Assembly: GCA_025603075.1 (NCBI GenBank)
Contig: MU626259.1
Coordinates: 186,001 to 250,000 of the forward strand
Reading direction: 5' to 3'
DNA length: 64,000 nucleotides
DNA from: Neoconidiobolus thromboides FSU 785
Lineage: Eukaryota > Fungi > Entomophthoromycota
The translations under genes and the position numbers were made by a program. The first letter of the stretch is position 1, and the number at the start of each line of letters is the position of its first letter. Shown here piece after piece: positions 35,449 through 48,089 of this stretch. The notes below the pieces were generated by a model. It had not been told where the DNA came from. It searched no databases and saw only the letters and a program-made list of their open reading frames with translations.

Positions 35449-38400
35449 ATGAACAATCCAAATCAAGGATCTGGGCCGCCAAATCAAAATAGGTAGCATA
35501 ATTATTTTTATCTTAACCAAACTAAGAATATTCTAGTGGCCAGTCGACATCTGGAATATTTAAAGCTGCAAAAAAGAGATACCAACCTGGCGTACAAAGT
35601 ACAAACATTATTATACCAAAGGCTGAAAGCTTTGATAGGCATAGCTCAGAGAACTCGCCTAGTAGTATAAGCTTTCCACCAGCTCCACAGCCTAATCCCA
35701 TAGTTCCAAGTTTTGGAGATCCTAGCAAAATTCCACAATTCGGTAACTTTAATGTGCAAAATACTGCTAGGCCAGGTTTTCCGCCTAGAACCGTTAGTAA
35801 TATAGAAAAAGGGAGCCCAAGTTTTGCACCTTCAAGCACCACCTTTGGCTCAAGTAAGTTCTACTTTTATTAAGTAATTTTTTTAAAATAATGTTAGGTT
35901 TTGGCGGAATTAAACCCTCGAGTTTATTTGAAGCGAAAGGTGGAGCTTCTATAACCAATACGCCAAATAATGATAAACCAAACGATGTAAAAACAACTGG
36001 TTTTGGTTTTGGATCAACAACAGGATTTAAAGCAGCTGGTGAAAAACCAAATATATTTGGAGGCGAAAAAACAGCTAAAAGTGATTTGATATCTAAAAAT
36101 TCTCCAGGAATTAAATTTGGAGAATCCAATAATCTTTCCCAAACAACTTCAGATAAACCACAAGCCACTTCAAGCTTAAGTTCCTTTACTAAACCACCAC
36201 AAGGTTTATTTGGTTCAAATACGATTGAAAAACCTAAGGATAATATCTTTAACTCATCTACAAATATAATTGATAAATCTAAGAGTGGACTTTTTAACTT
36301 ACCTATAAGCACAGATTCAGGCGGACTCCCACCTCTTTTTGGTTCAAATAATAAAGCTGGACCTTTACCTTCAGCAACATCAATTAGTTCAATGAAAAAG
36401 AAACGAGGTGCGGAAGATGATGAAGACAGTGATTTTAATAACAAAAGAATCGTGAACCAACCAATTTTTGAGGCACCTGTTAAGGCTGTGGAAAGTTCTC
36501 AAAAGGTTAACCAAAGTGAAAGTGGTCCAAGTTTATTTGAGACAAAAGGTAAACTTATTGTATATAATTTGAAACAAAATTAAATATTTAAAATAGGAAA
36601 CCTTTTTGGACATCAAATAGATAATAAGATCAATCAAAGTGGAGCTGCCAAGGTAAATACCCAAAGCCAAAAATCAACTGCTAACCTTACTTCCATTGAG
36701 ATTAAAGACCCACCTTTAAGTGAAGTACTGGCTACAGGGTTTAAAGCATCAAAATTTACTGTAGATACTAAAAGAGAGATTTATAGAACAGCATTAGCAA
36801 AAGCATTTGAATTAGTTATTAAAGAAAACTTAAAAGACACAAAAAGACCATTAAAGCTAAAAGATAATTTAAGGACTTATTTAATTATAAACCAAATGAT
36901 GGAAAGTGTATATTTGGAAGCAGAAAGGAATGAAAAGGAAAAAATGGAAGCTTCTAGACAAGCCATTAATACAATGCCAAGTTCAAAGGAGATTAATAAA
37001 GTTAATCCTTCTATAAAATTTGGGAGCGCTAAAGATTCAGCTGTAAATATAAACACAACTAGTAGTAAAGATAATGATGTATCATCAATAGGACCCAAAT
37101 TTGGAAGTAGTTCAGGGCCCCACAATCCTACTATAAATCAAAACCAACCTCCTCCAAAAGCATTTACATTTGGTTCACTTCCTACTACACAATCAAATCT
37201 ATCAGTACCAGATGCTTCAAAGAATTTTCTTGTAAGCCAAACCCAAGCTCCTTCAAAAACATTTACATTCGGTTCGCTATCCACTGTAAAACCAAGCTTA
37301 CCACAGGCAGATGCTTCAAATAGTTCTACTGTAAGTCAAAGCCAAAGCTCTTCAAAGGCATTTACATTTGGTTCACTTCCTCCTATAGAATCAAAACCAC
37401 TACCATCAAGTACTTCAGCTTTACTTGGCACTGCATCAACAAATGATGGTACTTCGAAATCTACAACCACTTTTCAATTTGGCTCTAATCCAATTGCAGC
37501 AAATAACTTTACTTCAAGTAATACATTAGAACCAGTTAAGTCAATTTCAACCCAAAACCCATTTTCTTTCAGCTCTAATATTTTTCAAAATAAACCTTTG
37601 ATCCAAACATCTAAGCCAGAAAGTGGAAACAGCATTTCAAATGAGATAGGTTCTAAAGATAATGTACAGAATGAATCTGATAATGAAGAATTAGAAGAAG
37701 GATTTAAAGGGGAAAGAACAAATGATGAATTAATAAAAACTGGTAAAGGAGAAGAAGAAGAAACCAGTCTATGTGAAGCACGTACTAAGCTGTTCCAGTT
37801 TAATAAAGAAAATAAAAGTTATGATCCACTAGGAGTTGGTATTATTAAGGTGAATCATAATATTAAGACTGGGAAGTATCGAGTTATCTGTCGTTCTGAA
37901 GGATCAGGAAGCTTATTATTGAATTCTTATGTACTTCCAAATTCCATTGAAGGTAAAGAAGCTAAAAGATTTAAATTTAGAGCAATTAATTTAAAGGGTG
38001 AATTATCTTCTTTTGCTGCTATGTTTAATAAGCCGGAAGATAATGATAGTGTTAATAAAGGTTTTGAATCAGCACTAAATAATGAAAAAAATCCTGATTC
38101 AAGCAATTCTACAAATAATGTTCAAGCTGAAAGGACTGAAGGAGATAACAAAAAGGATGACTCAGAAAATGATGATGATGATGAAGAGTATAATGGAGAA
38201 GATGATGACGAAGATGATGACGAAGAGCTTGAAAGAGATTCTAATGCTGATAACGATGATGAAGGAGAAGTTGAAGAGATTTCACCTCAACCTGAATCGG
38301 GTTCTGAAACGAATGATACCAAAGCTTTAACTTTATTTGCCTCTTCGACTAGTAATTTATCTTCTAAATTTAATACTGTGGAATCAAAGTCCTTTTCATT

Positions 38401-40615
38401 TGGTTCTAACCAATTTTCGAGTAAAGTGAATGAATCTAATCTCACCTCACAAGCTTCAACTTTTGGCTCAACTTCACAGAAAGATTCTTCGGTTAATACT
38501 CAAAGAACTTCCAGATTGGATAATATGCCGAATCCGTTTGCTTCCTTAGGAAACAAAGTCATTAGCGGTGCGCCACAGGAACCGCCTTTACTTTTTGGAG
38601 TTCTCCCCCCAAAAAATGTACCATTAGATGTAAAGGAATCTAATCCAAAACAAAATGACGTTTCAGATTCATTCGCCTTTGGTCCTAAGACTGAAATTGC
38701 TGAGAATAAGCGTTTATTTGCTCCTTTTGGATCAACTTCATCCATCTTTTCACCTAAGCCTGAGGCAGCTAAAGGTGAAGTCCACACTGCTACTATTGGT
38801 TCAAACATACAAGAAGCCTCTAAAGTAGGATTCATGCCTACTTCCTTTGGCTTATCATCTAAACAGACACTTGAGACTGAAGAAAACAAAAGTGCCCCTA
38901 CACCTGTACCTTTTGAATCAACTTCATCTATATTCGGAGCTAAAGCAGGAATTTCTAAAGAAGCGCCTCAATCTAACCTCTCTGGTTCAACTTCAAGCTC
39001 AAATACACAAGAAGTTATTAAAAAAGCACCTCAATCTGGTATTTTTGGTTCAACCTCATCTACTTTCTCACCTAAGGATGAAGCTGCTAAAACTGCTCCT
39101 ACATTTGCTCCTTTTGGATCAACAGCATCCATATTTGGAGCTAAGAATGAGGCAGACAAAAGCGCTTCTAAATTTGCTCCCTTTGGTTCAACTTCATCTA
39201 TATTCGGAGCTAAGGTTGAAACCCCTAAAGTAGTACCTCATTCTAATATTTTTAGTTCAAGTATACAAGAAACTACTAAAAATGTACCCCAATCTACCTC
39301 TTTTGGCTCGACATCTTCTATGTTTGCGCCTAAGACCGAAACAGCCAAAAATCCACCCCAATCTGCTTCCTTTGGGTCTGTGGCATCTACCTTTGCACCT
39401 AAGATTGAAACTACTAAAGAGGTATCACAAGCTGGTTCTTTTGGTTTAAATACACAAGAAGCAAGTAAAGGCGCTGCTGACACAGATGTATCAAAAAAAC
39501 AATCATTTAGTTTTCCTGGAACTTCGACAAATAATAACTTATTCTCAATTGGAAATAAAGCAGCAAATTGGCCATCTGCTACCTCTTCAAGTTCAACTGC
39601 ATTTACATTTGGTGCTAATCCAACTCAACAAGAGAACAAAACTTCCAATCTATTTTCAAGTGGAAGTTCTATGTTTCAACCTAAAATACCATCTACTGGG
39701 TCTTTAATTGGTGCTAATCCAATTCAACAAGAGATTAAAGCTCCAACATCATTTACAACTAGTATTTCTACCTCCCAATCGAGTGCACCAACAACTACTC
39801 CAATCGTAGATCCATCCAAAGAAGCCGAAGAAGATAATGAAGAATTAGAAGAAGGATTTAAAGGGGAAAGAACAAATGATGAATTAATAAAAACTGGTAA
39901 AGGAGAAGAAGAAGAAACCAGTCTATGTGAAGCACGTACCAAACTTCTTCAATTTAATAAAGAAAATAAAAGTTATGATCCACTAGGAGTTGGTATTATT
40001 AAGGTGAATCATAATATTAAGACTGGGAAGTATCGAGTTATCTGTCGTTCTGAAGGATCAGGAAGCTTATTATTGAATTCTTATGTACTTCCAAATTCCA
40101 TTGAAGGTAAAGAAGCTAAAAGATTTAAATTTAGAGCAATTAATTTAAAGGGTGAATTATCTTCTTTTGCTGCTATGTTTAATAAGCCGGAAGATAATCA
40201 AAGTATTATGAAGGCTTTTGAATTGGTTATAGAGAATAAAAATTCAGATGAGAAAAAGACAGATGAGATTAAAGAAGATAATCGAAAATCTATTAATCAA
40301 GGACTTTCCAATGAAGAAGAAAAAATTATCCTTGAATCACGTAGTAAAGTATTAACTAAAGAAAATGAAAGTATATCTCCAATGGGAGTAGGTATAGTAA
40401 AACTGGTTTATTATCCAAAGAAAAAAGAATATAAGTTGAAATTTATCGTGGAAGGCGGGAATAGAGAAGAAATCGATACAGTAGTGAATAAGGAATCAAT
40501 AATGGAAAAAGAAAATAATCGAATTTTGTTTAAGACAAACTTAAGTTTTTGGGTTTATTTTAATAGTACACAGGACGCTGAATTGGTGGCTAAGAAGTTG
40601 GAAGAGGGAATTTAA
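35449..40615 (+). CDS. Large FG-repeat nucleoporin-like protein with three Ran-binding (RanBD) domains, 4 exons
   Basis: FG/FTFG/FGSTSSIF repeats. GEEEETSLCEARTKLFQF..LGVGIIKV..TGKYRVICR occurs twice (RanBD-like) and a third, degenerate copy lies at the C-terminus. Introns ~35493-35536, ~35853-35897, ~36550-36596. Confidence 0.8.
37679..40198 (+). repeat. 366-bp intragenic direct repeat (37679-38044 and 39833-40198) encoding two RanBDs
   Basis: By eye the copies are identical except for 6 substitutions clustered in about 13 bp. Confidence 0.92.
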
Positions 40616-41464
40616 GTAAAAATAAAACAATATTTGTTATACTATAATATAGCTTTTTTATGGTGTTAGTTTTTAAATAAATAAACGGGTTTAGCTTTTT
40701 AAGTAATGATCATACTTTCTTATTGAGCGTTTTTGGATTACTAGAACTTAAATTATAAAATCAAAATGTTTCGAAAGTCCATGATAAGGATTTCTTTGTC
40801 GATTTATATATTAGCACTATCTTCAATCTAGATATAGTGATACCTTTTTTGTTTCATTGTTAGCAATTATTTTTACTATGATAGATAAAAAATAGAAGAA
40901 AAAAAACACTTCATAAATTACTTTTGAAAAGAAATTATATTTAGTACAATAGCAAGCACTATACAATGGATATTAAAATTTAATGTACTTGATGTTATTA
41001 ATACATTTACTAAAAAGACCTTAAACTCACTATTTAAATTTGTTAGAATTCTCTCCCTTACTTTATAATTAAAAATCAAATGCACATTATTTTAAAGTTA
41101 GGAGAATTTAATCAACAAAATGGACTAATTTAGAATCTGGAATATACATTTATAGTCACTTTAAATAAATTTGCCATGTCATCAAAAAATTTAATTGGCT
41201 AATCAAGAGACATGTGCCTTTTATGAATGTTTGATAATTGCTAGTTAATTTTAGGGGAGAAAAGTAAGTGGAAAATTCAATAAAATAAACCAAAATAAAT
41301 GGCACTAAGTGAAACAGAGAAATAGAAAAATTTCAATTTAAGCGATCAAATAAATGAATAAATTTAGTTATAAAAACTGAATTTTTTAATTGAATTTTTA
41401 ATTTTCAAATAAAATAAAAGGATAATAATAAAAATATTAATAATAAATAACAATATAAACAGCA

Positions 41465-44400
41465 ATGGCAGAAATGGCAGATAGTAAGTATTTTTAGAAT
41501 ATTTGAAATCGATTGTCAAAAGAAGAAGGATCAAAACTAATTGCTTTTAATATAGATGATTTAATTGCAGAAGTAGTGGTAGCAAAAGCGAAAGGTATAA
41601 TTGATAAAAATTATTGTTTCGTTGGTGTTTTAAACTAACTCAATTTATCCAGCTGAACAACAAACTAAAGAACAAAATGAACTTGTAACTGATACTTATA
41701 AAGAAAATGAAAAAGGTAAGAATTAAAAATTAATTATTATTAATTGAAAATGGATATTAATTTCAAAATATACAAATAGTTGAAGATGGGGAAGTGTATG
41801 AGAATATGAAGTAAGTCAATAGAATTGAAGTGTTTAAAATAGGATATGTAATTAATTTCAATCAATTTTTATTAGTATTAAAGACCTAGGCCGTTTTCGA
41901 CAAGATCCTATTGGTTATGTTAAAAAATTAAGTGAAGAAACGAGTGCTTTTTATCAAGGGAAGGTATGATAAAATTTATGATAAAAAAGATGTATCATAT
42001 GTGTAACTGAAAAATATTGTCCTATTTTTAGGGATGGCGTAGTTATGATAATTATATAGGAAGTAAATTATTTGTACCAGGTAGTACAGAAGAAATCAAA
42101 AAACAAGTATTGAATAATGAGAATGGTAAACTATTAATATATAAATAAATAACAAATGTAAACTAATACAATAATTGTATAGTTCAACAAGTAGTTATGG
42201 AAATGGTATTAAAAATTGAAAACGGAGAAGAAATTGATAAAAAATATATTAAAAGTGGTAAAATTCAACAACTATTAAAAATAAAAGATGGGGTAAAACG
42301 AAAAAAAGTAATAAAAGATTTATTAAATAATAAAGTTATGACAATTTTAAATAAAATGTGTGCTGATATGACCAGTTTTAATTTAAAGTAAGTGTAGGGA
42401 GAGTTGATTGAATGAATGAGTTAATATTTAACTAATATTAATAATGGGCTTTTTTATTTAGAGCTTTATCCTATGTTTTAAATTTAGTATTTACTCGAAT
42501 GTATCATCAAGGCGTTTATATTAATGAAGCTCAATTCCAAAAGGTGTTGCTTTATTAATAGACAATATCAAATATTAAATATTAAATAATTATTATTAAT
42601 TTCATTAGATCCGACAAGTAGCCATTACTGCTGCCGAAAAAAAGATACCCATAATTGTATTACCCTGTCATAAATCCCATATCGATTATTTAGTTATCTC
42701 TTATATCTTTGTACGCTTAGGTTTAGCAGTACCTTATATTGCTGCAGGCGATAATTTAGATTTACCAGTTATTGGTACTATATTACGACGTGGTGGTGCT
42801 TTTTACATTCGAAGATCATGGACAGATGATAAATTATATGGATTAGTAGCAACAGAATATATTCATGTAAGAATTACTTATTTATTTATTTATCTGATAG
42901 TTTAATATTAATAATAAGAATAAAAATCAGCTTTATTAACAATATTTTTTTAGGAAGTATTAGCTAAAGGTCATAATATGGAAGTATTTATTGAAGGTAC
43001 AAGATCACGTACAGGAAAGTTATTAAATCCTAAATTTGGTATACTAAATATTATATTGGATGGTTTATTAAATCAAAAATATAAGGATTGTTTAATATTA
43101 CCAATTAGTATCGGTTATGATAGGGTAATATTTAAATCAATATTATATAATAGTATAATTTTAATTTTATTAATATTAATATTTAATTTTAATTAGGTAA
43201 TTGAAACATCTTCATATGTAAATGAATTACTAGGTATCCCTAAAGAAAAGGAATCTTTAATGGGAATCTTAAGTTCATCTAATATAATTCAATTAAAATG
43301 GGGAAGAGTTGATATAAGGTTTTCAGATCCTTTCTTTTTAAAAGAATTTATAGACATCGAAATGGTAAAAAGAAAAGATGATAATCCAGTTATCGATAAT
43401 AAAATTATATTAAGAGCTTTAGGATATAGGTAAATTATTATTATTTAATATTGTAAATATAATAATATAATAATATAATCAATGTTAATATGTCAATATG
43501 TTTTATTTTTATTTTTATTAGAGTTATGTCGGATATCAATAATACTTCTGTTGTTATGCCAACTGCTTTAGTTGGTACTGTTTTATTAACGCTACGTGGT
43601 AGAGGTGTTGGTTTTATTGAATTAATTCGTCGAGTAGAATGGTTGATTACTCATATTTTATTAAAAGGTGGTAGAGTAGCTCATTTTGGTGATATGAAAT
43701 TAGATGATGTAGTTTTAAAGTAAGTAACATTAATGTTATACTAATATTATATGTTAATACTTGTATTTTATTTATATTAATATTACATTTTTATTAGAGC
43801 AATTAAAATCATTAAAGATTTAATTGGTACTCGAGTCGGATTAGTTGAACCAGTATACTTTGCAATTAATCGATTTGAATTAAGTTTTTATAGAAATCAA
43901 GTAAATTTAAATAATACAATATTACATAATAATATGCTAACACTATTATTTTATATTATTATTTTATTTAGGTGATACATATATTTATATCTGAAGCAAT
44001 AGTATCAGTAGCAATGTATACCATTATTAAAAAAGGAGGCTCTAAATTAGATCAGAGAATACCATTTGATAAATTATTGCAAGATTGTATCTTTTTATCA
44101 AAACTGTTAAAATGGGAATTTGTTTATCCTCCTGGTAATATTAAAGATAATTTGTTATCTACTATTGATTTCTTAGAGGTAAATCCATTTAAATAATAAT
44201 AATAACATAAATTTTATTTATTTATTTTAATTAGAAATCTAAAGTAATAAATTTTGATGGAGAAAATGTAGAATTAAGTGATAATGAACGTAATAGTGGA
44301 CGAGAAAACTATGATTTTTATTGTTTTTTAATATGGCCATTTGTAGAAAGTTATTGGTTAAGTACTGTAAGTGTATTTACAATTCTATCCAATCAAAATT

Positions 44401-44867
44401 CAACCAATACATCCATTTCATATATTGAAGAAAATGAATTTAAAAATAAAATTCAACAATTAGGAAAAACATTATATTATGAAGGAGATTTAAGTTATTT
44501 AGAAGCTATTAATAAAGAAACTATTAATAATGGTTTCAAATTTTTAGTAGAAAATGAAGTTTTAATGAAAAAAAACAATTTTGTTTATGTTAATCAAGAG
44601 TATTTAAATAATAATCAAGAGGATTTAAGTAATTCAAAGTTATGGCAGTTAGTAGATACTATTGGCAAATTTAGAAGAGAAGGTAAAAATAGAAGAGATA
44701 ATCAAACTGGTAATTTAAATTTTAATTAAACAATTTAAATGACATTTAACGTTACTATTTTAGTATCTTCAAGAGTTCTTCGATTAGCTGAATTAGTGGG
44801 TAAAAATGGGTGGAATAACACGAAATTAGCAACTGCTAAAAATTCAACAAACCCTCCTAAGCTCTAA
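41465..44867 (+). CDS. Glycerol-3-phosphate / dihydroxyacetone-phosphate O-acyltransferase (GPAT/GNPAT family), many exons
   Basis: Block I LPCHKSHIDYL, AAGDNL..LRRGGAFYIRRSW, block III FIEGTRSRTGKLL, ISIGYDRVIE; C-terminus ...NPPKL*. Confidence 0.88.
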
Positions 44868-44990
44868 CTCTTTTTTTTATATAATAAAACTTAATGTTGA
44901 TTTTTGTTAATAAATATTAATAATTCATTTACGAATTAAATTAGCTTTGAATTACAAAAAATACTTTACTTTTATTATATCCAAAAATCT

Positions 44991-45527
44991 CTACTCCATC
45001 TTCTTATGCATTTTAACATGTAATATTCCATCCTCCATGAATGGTTCCTCTTCGGGATAAGTTCTAATATATCCTAAACGTTCATAAAACCCTTGTTTAT
45101 CATGTTGGGAATGTAAAATTATATTATCCACTTTCTCTTCAGTTAGACTATTTTCTAATTCCAATACTAGTTTTTTAGCTAATCCCATTCCACGATAAGA
45201 TTTTATAACTGCTAATCGACCAAGTTTACCTTGACGACCAATTTGGCCAAAAAGTTCAGATTCAATAATGACTAATCGAACCACACCAACAGGTTCATTG
45301 GCTTCTGTATAGGCTATCCAATGAAGGGCAGTTTTATCATAACTATAAAAAAAGAGTGAATATTAGCTAATTGAATAATCAAAATCAAACAGAAATAAAA
45401 AAGTATAATCGTACTTGTCTAATTCTAATTCAGGCTCAACCCCTTGCTCATCAACAAATACATTGATACGTACTTTTAAAGCATCTTGTAAGCCTGATGG
45501 ACCTACTTTTTTAATAGCGAAAGACAT
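44991..45527 (-). CDS. GNAT acetyltransferase, ElaA/YjcF-like, 2 exons
   Basis: Exon 1 MSFAIKK..RINVFVDEQGVEPELELDN spliced to YDKTALHW..GVVRL..GRLAVIKSYRGMGLA..FYERLGY..FMEDGILHVKM. Confidence 0.85.
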
Positions 45528-46536
45528 CTTATTTTTTATTATTTTCGATCAAGTTGAGAACACAATAGATGATTTTTATAGTGTAGGGAATATAAATAAG
45601 AAACAATGACTAATAACATGTCACTTTAAATTTAAATTTAAATTTAACTTCTATTCTTGGCATTATTCTGAATTATTTTAAAAAACTAAGTTGAAATTTT
45701 TAGATTAGCTAAAGCCTTAATAGAAGGATACTTTAAATGAAATTGATGTTATAGTTGGATAAATATGAAAACAAAATCAATTTGAAACTTACTTAATTTC
45801 TGTTTACTTTTATCTGAAAATGAAACCATATTCAAAAGTTATAAGTTATATTTCAATTATGCTCGTTTTGAGTACTTTTCATATTTTTGAAAGGGCTATA
45901 TGACTTTCAAGTGTTTTATTTGATAAAATAACTTGATTAAAATAGGTGGAAACAAGGGCCATTTAACTAGTGCTTTATATCCGCCCTTGTTTTTGGCTGA
46001 GTGTAGCTTAGACCACTGAAATTCCTTCACTTAAGTGATTTTTTATAATACGCTCTAAGTTAAAATCAAATGACAATACTATTTCAATTCAACTAAAGTA
46101 TAATAAATTTAATATTAACATTCTATATATTTTATTTTAGTACCACAAACATATATTTCTTGTATACTATTTTAACTAAATTAATCTTTTAAATATAATC
46201 TTTTGAAAACATTTAAATTTAATTAGCATAAAATTAATCAAAAATATATATTTAATTAAACAAAATGTTTTGAAAAACAAAAATAAATAAAATAAATAGA
46301 ATTATATTGCTTAATAGCAAGTACATTTAATCTTTTTATTATAATTTATAATTTATAATTTACAAACATAGCAGTATTTAATTAAATACTTGATTTTTTA
46401 TTAATTTTTTTTATTAGTTTTTTTTCAAATATTTTTTTAATTATAATTTAAAAATTACTATAATTAATAATAGAACATTATTCTAATAAATAGCTATCAA
46501 ATATATATTATATATTATATTATTATATTTTTTAAG

Positions 46537-47008
46537 AAGTTAACATTGTGAAATCTGGTACTCAGTGGTTGGAGTCAAAAACAATTCTTGCTTGGTTGAC
46601 TAACTATAAGCCGAATGATTTTACTTTATGTGAGTAAGGTAGACTTAAATTATGAAGAATAGCATCTAATAGGCTATAGACTATGTGAGACAAATAGAGT
46701 AGACAGTACTAATATAAGATCTATATAAAATACTATCAGAAAGGTTTAATGACTTTACTAAATGTACAAGGCATCAAGAAATAATTCAGTCAAAAAGCCT
46801 TGAGTTACTATGTTCTAGAATCCCTTTTATACTCCGACAAGTACAAACATCAAAACGAGAAGATAGTATTCTTTGGAATGCAGCTAGAAATTATCATAGC
46901 AAATCAAAACAAGAGTATGAGGTTGATTGTCTCCAAACTCGAGAACACAACAACTTAAGTGATTATTGTGCTATAATCAATCATGGAGCTGACAAAGCGG
47001 TATTTTAG
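46537..47008 (+). pseudogene. Cryptic two-exon reading frame without a visible start codon (gene fragment or relic)
   Basis: Stop-free exons 46537-46629 (93 nt) and 46719-47008 are joined in phase by a GTGAGT...ACTAATATAAG intron; the region is GC-richer than its flanks. Confidence 0.35.
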
Positions 47009-47052
47009 AGTATATAAGCTATCATATTAAAAAGCTACTAGAATATAAATAT

Positions 47053-47154
47053 ATGAGTATATTTTTTTGGTTTCAATACGTTTTCCATCTTTTGAGAGCT
47101 ATTTGGGCGGGAAATTTGTTAGCAAAATCCTTAGACAAAAAAATACATTCCCAT
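47053..47154 (+). mobile_element. Family A, copy 10
   Basis: atgagtatattttt..gctatttgggcgggaaatttgttagcaaaatccttagac..aatacattcccat. Confidence 0.75.
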
Positions 47155-47512
47155 ATTATAAGACATAAATCTGCTTTTAACTTTTGGATTTTTTTAAACA
47201 AATTTTTTGTTTTAATTTAATATAATAACTTAATCAATATTGACTATTTATTTAATATAGAAAATATAAATTTGAGCATTTTTTAAAAATAACGATAACA
47301 GTAACAAACTAATAAACTATTTTAAATACTGTAATGTTATCACATTATTGAAGTACCATTTAATAATCAATAGGTAAAATTTTATTTTTTTATTTTTTAT
47401 TTTTTATTTTTGTAACTATATTTAGTAATTATAATAAAAAATTATAACTACTGCCATGTTTTTTGTCTATAATACTTTAATACGAAATATAAAAAAAACT
47501 TTTTAATATAAA

Positions 47513-47615
47513 ATGGGGATTTACTTTTGTGTTTAAGGGTTTTGCTAACAAATTTTCCGTTCAAATAGTGCTTAAAAGATGGAAAAAGTAATGAAGCCAA
47601 AGAAGACACCCCCAT
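47513..47615 (-). mobile_element. Family A, copy 11 (reverse)
   Basis: atggggat..gtttaagggttttgctaacaaattttccgttcaaatagtgcttaa..gacacccccat. Confidence 0.85.
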
Positions 47616-47823
47616 TTGTTAGTTTATAGCCAGTTGATTAAGCTAAAACAGCTTTTAACTTTGATTACTAAACATTGAATTTTGTATTATTAAATATATA
47701 TTTTATATTAAAGTGTTTTTTAAGGTGTAATTTAATATTAATTTATAAATAGATAACTTTAAAACTTTTATTATGATTTTTTGTTAACTTGCTATTATTT
47801 ATTACAATTTGTTGATTTAATAA

Positions 47824-47927
47824 ATGGGGATGTATTTTTGTGTTTAAGAATTTTACTAACAAATTTTCCGCTTTAAATAGTACTTAAAAAATGGAAAAAA
47901 TAATGAAGTCAAAAAAAACATTCCCAA
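47824..47927 (-). mobile_element. Family A, copy 12 (reverse)
   Basis: atggggatgtattttt..gtttaagaattttactaacaaattttccg..aaaacattcccaa. Confidence 0.85.
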
Positions 47928-47989
47928 ATTTTAAAATAATGTATAATAAAAATATAGTTATATTAGCTATTTTAAATTAAAACTTTAAT

Positions 47990-48089
47990 ATGGGGATGTG
48001 TTTTTTTGTTCAAGAATTTTGCTACAATCTTTCCACTCAAATAGCGCTTAAAAATAGAAAAATAATGAAACCAAAAAAAACAGCCCCAT
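47990..48089 (-). mobile_element. Family A, copy 13 (reverse)
   Basis: atggggatgtgttttt..ttccactcaaatagcgcttaa..aaaacagccccat. Confidence 0.85.

Noticed and set aside
35522-36444. Antisense ORFs of 106 and 216 aa in the nucleoporin 5' region
   Set aside because: Mirror frames of the real plus-strand exons, which splice in frame with canonical sites.
45724-45731. GTATCCTT (U12-type donor consensus) on the minus strand upstream of the GNAT gene
   Set aside because: No TCCTTAAC branch site at a suitable distance and not within a coding model.
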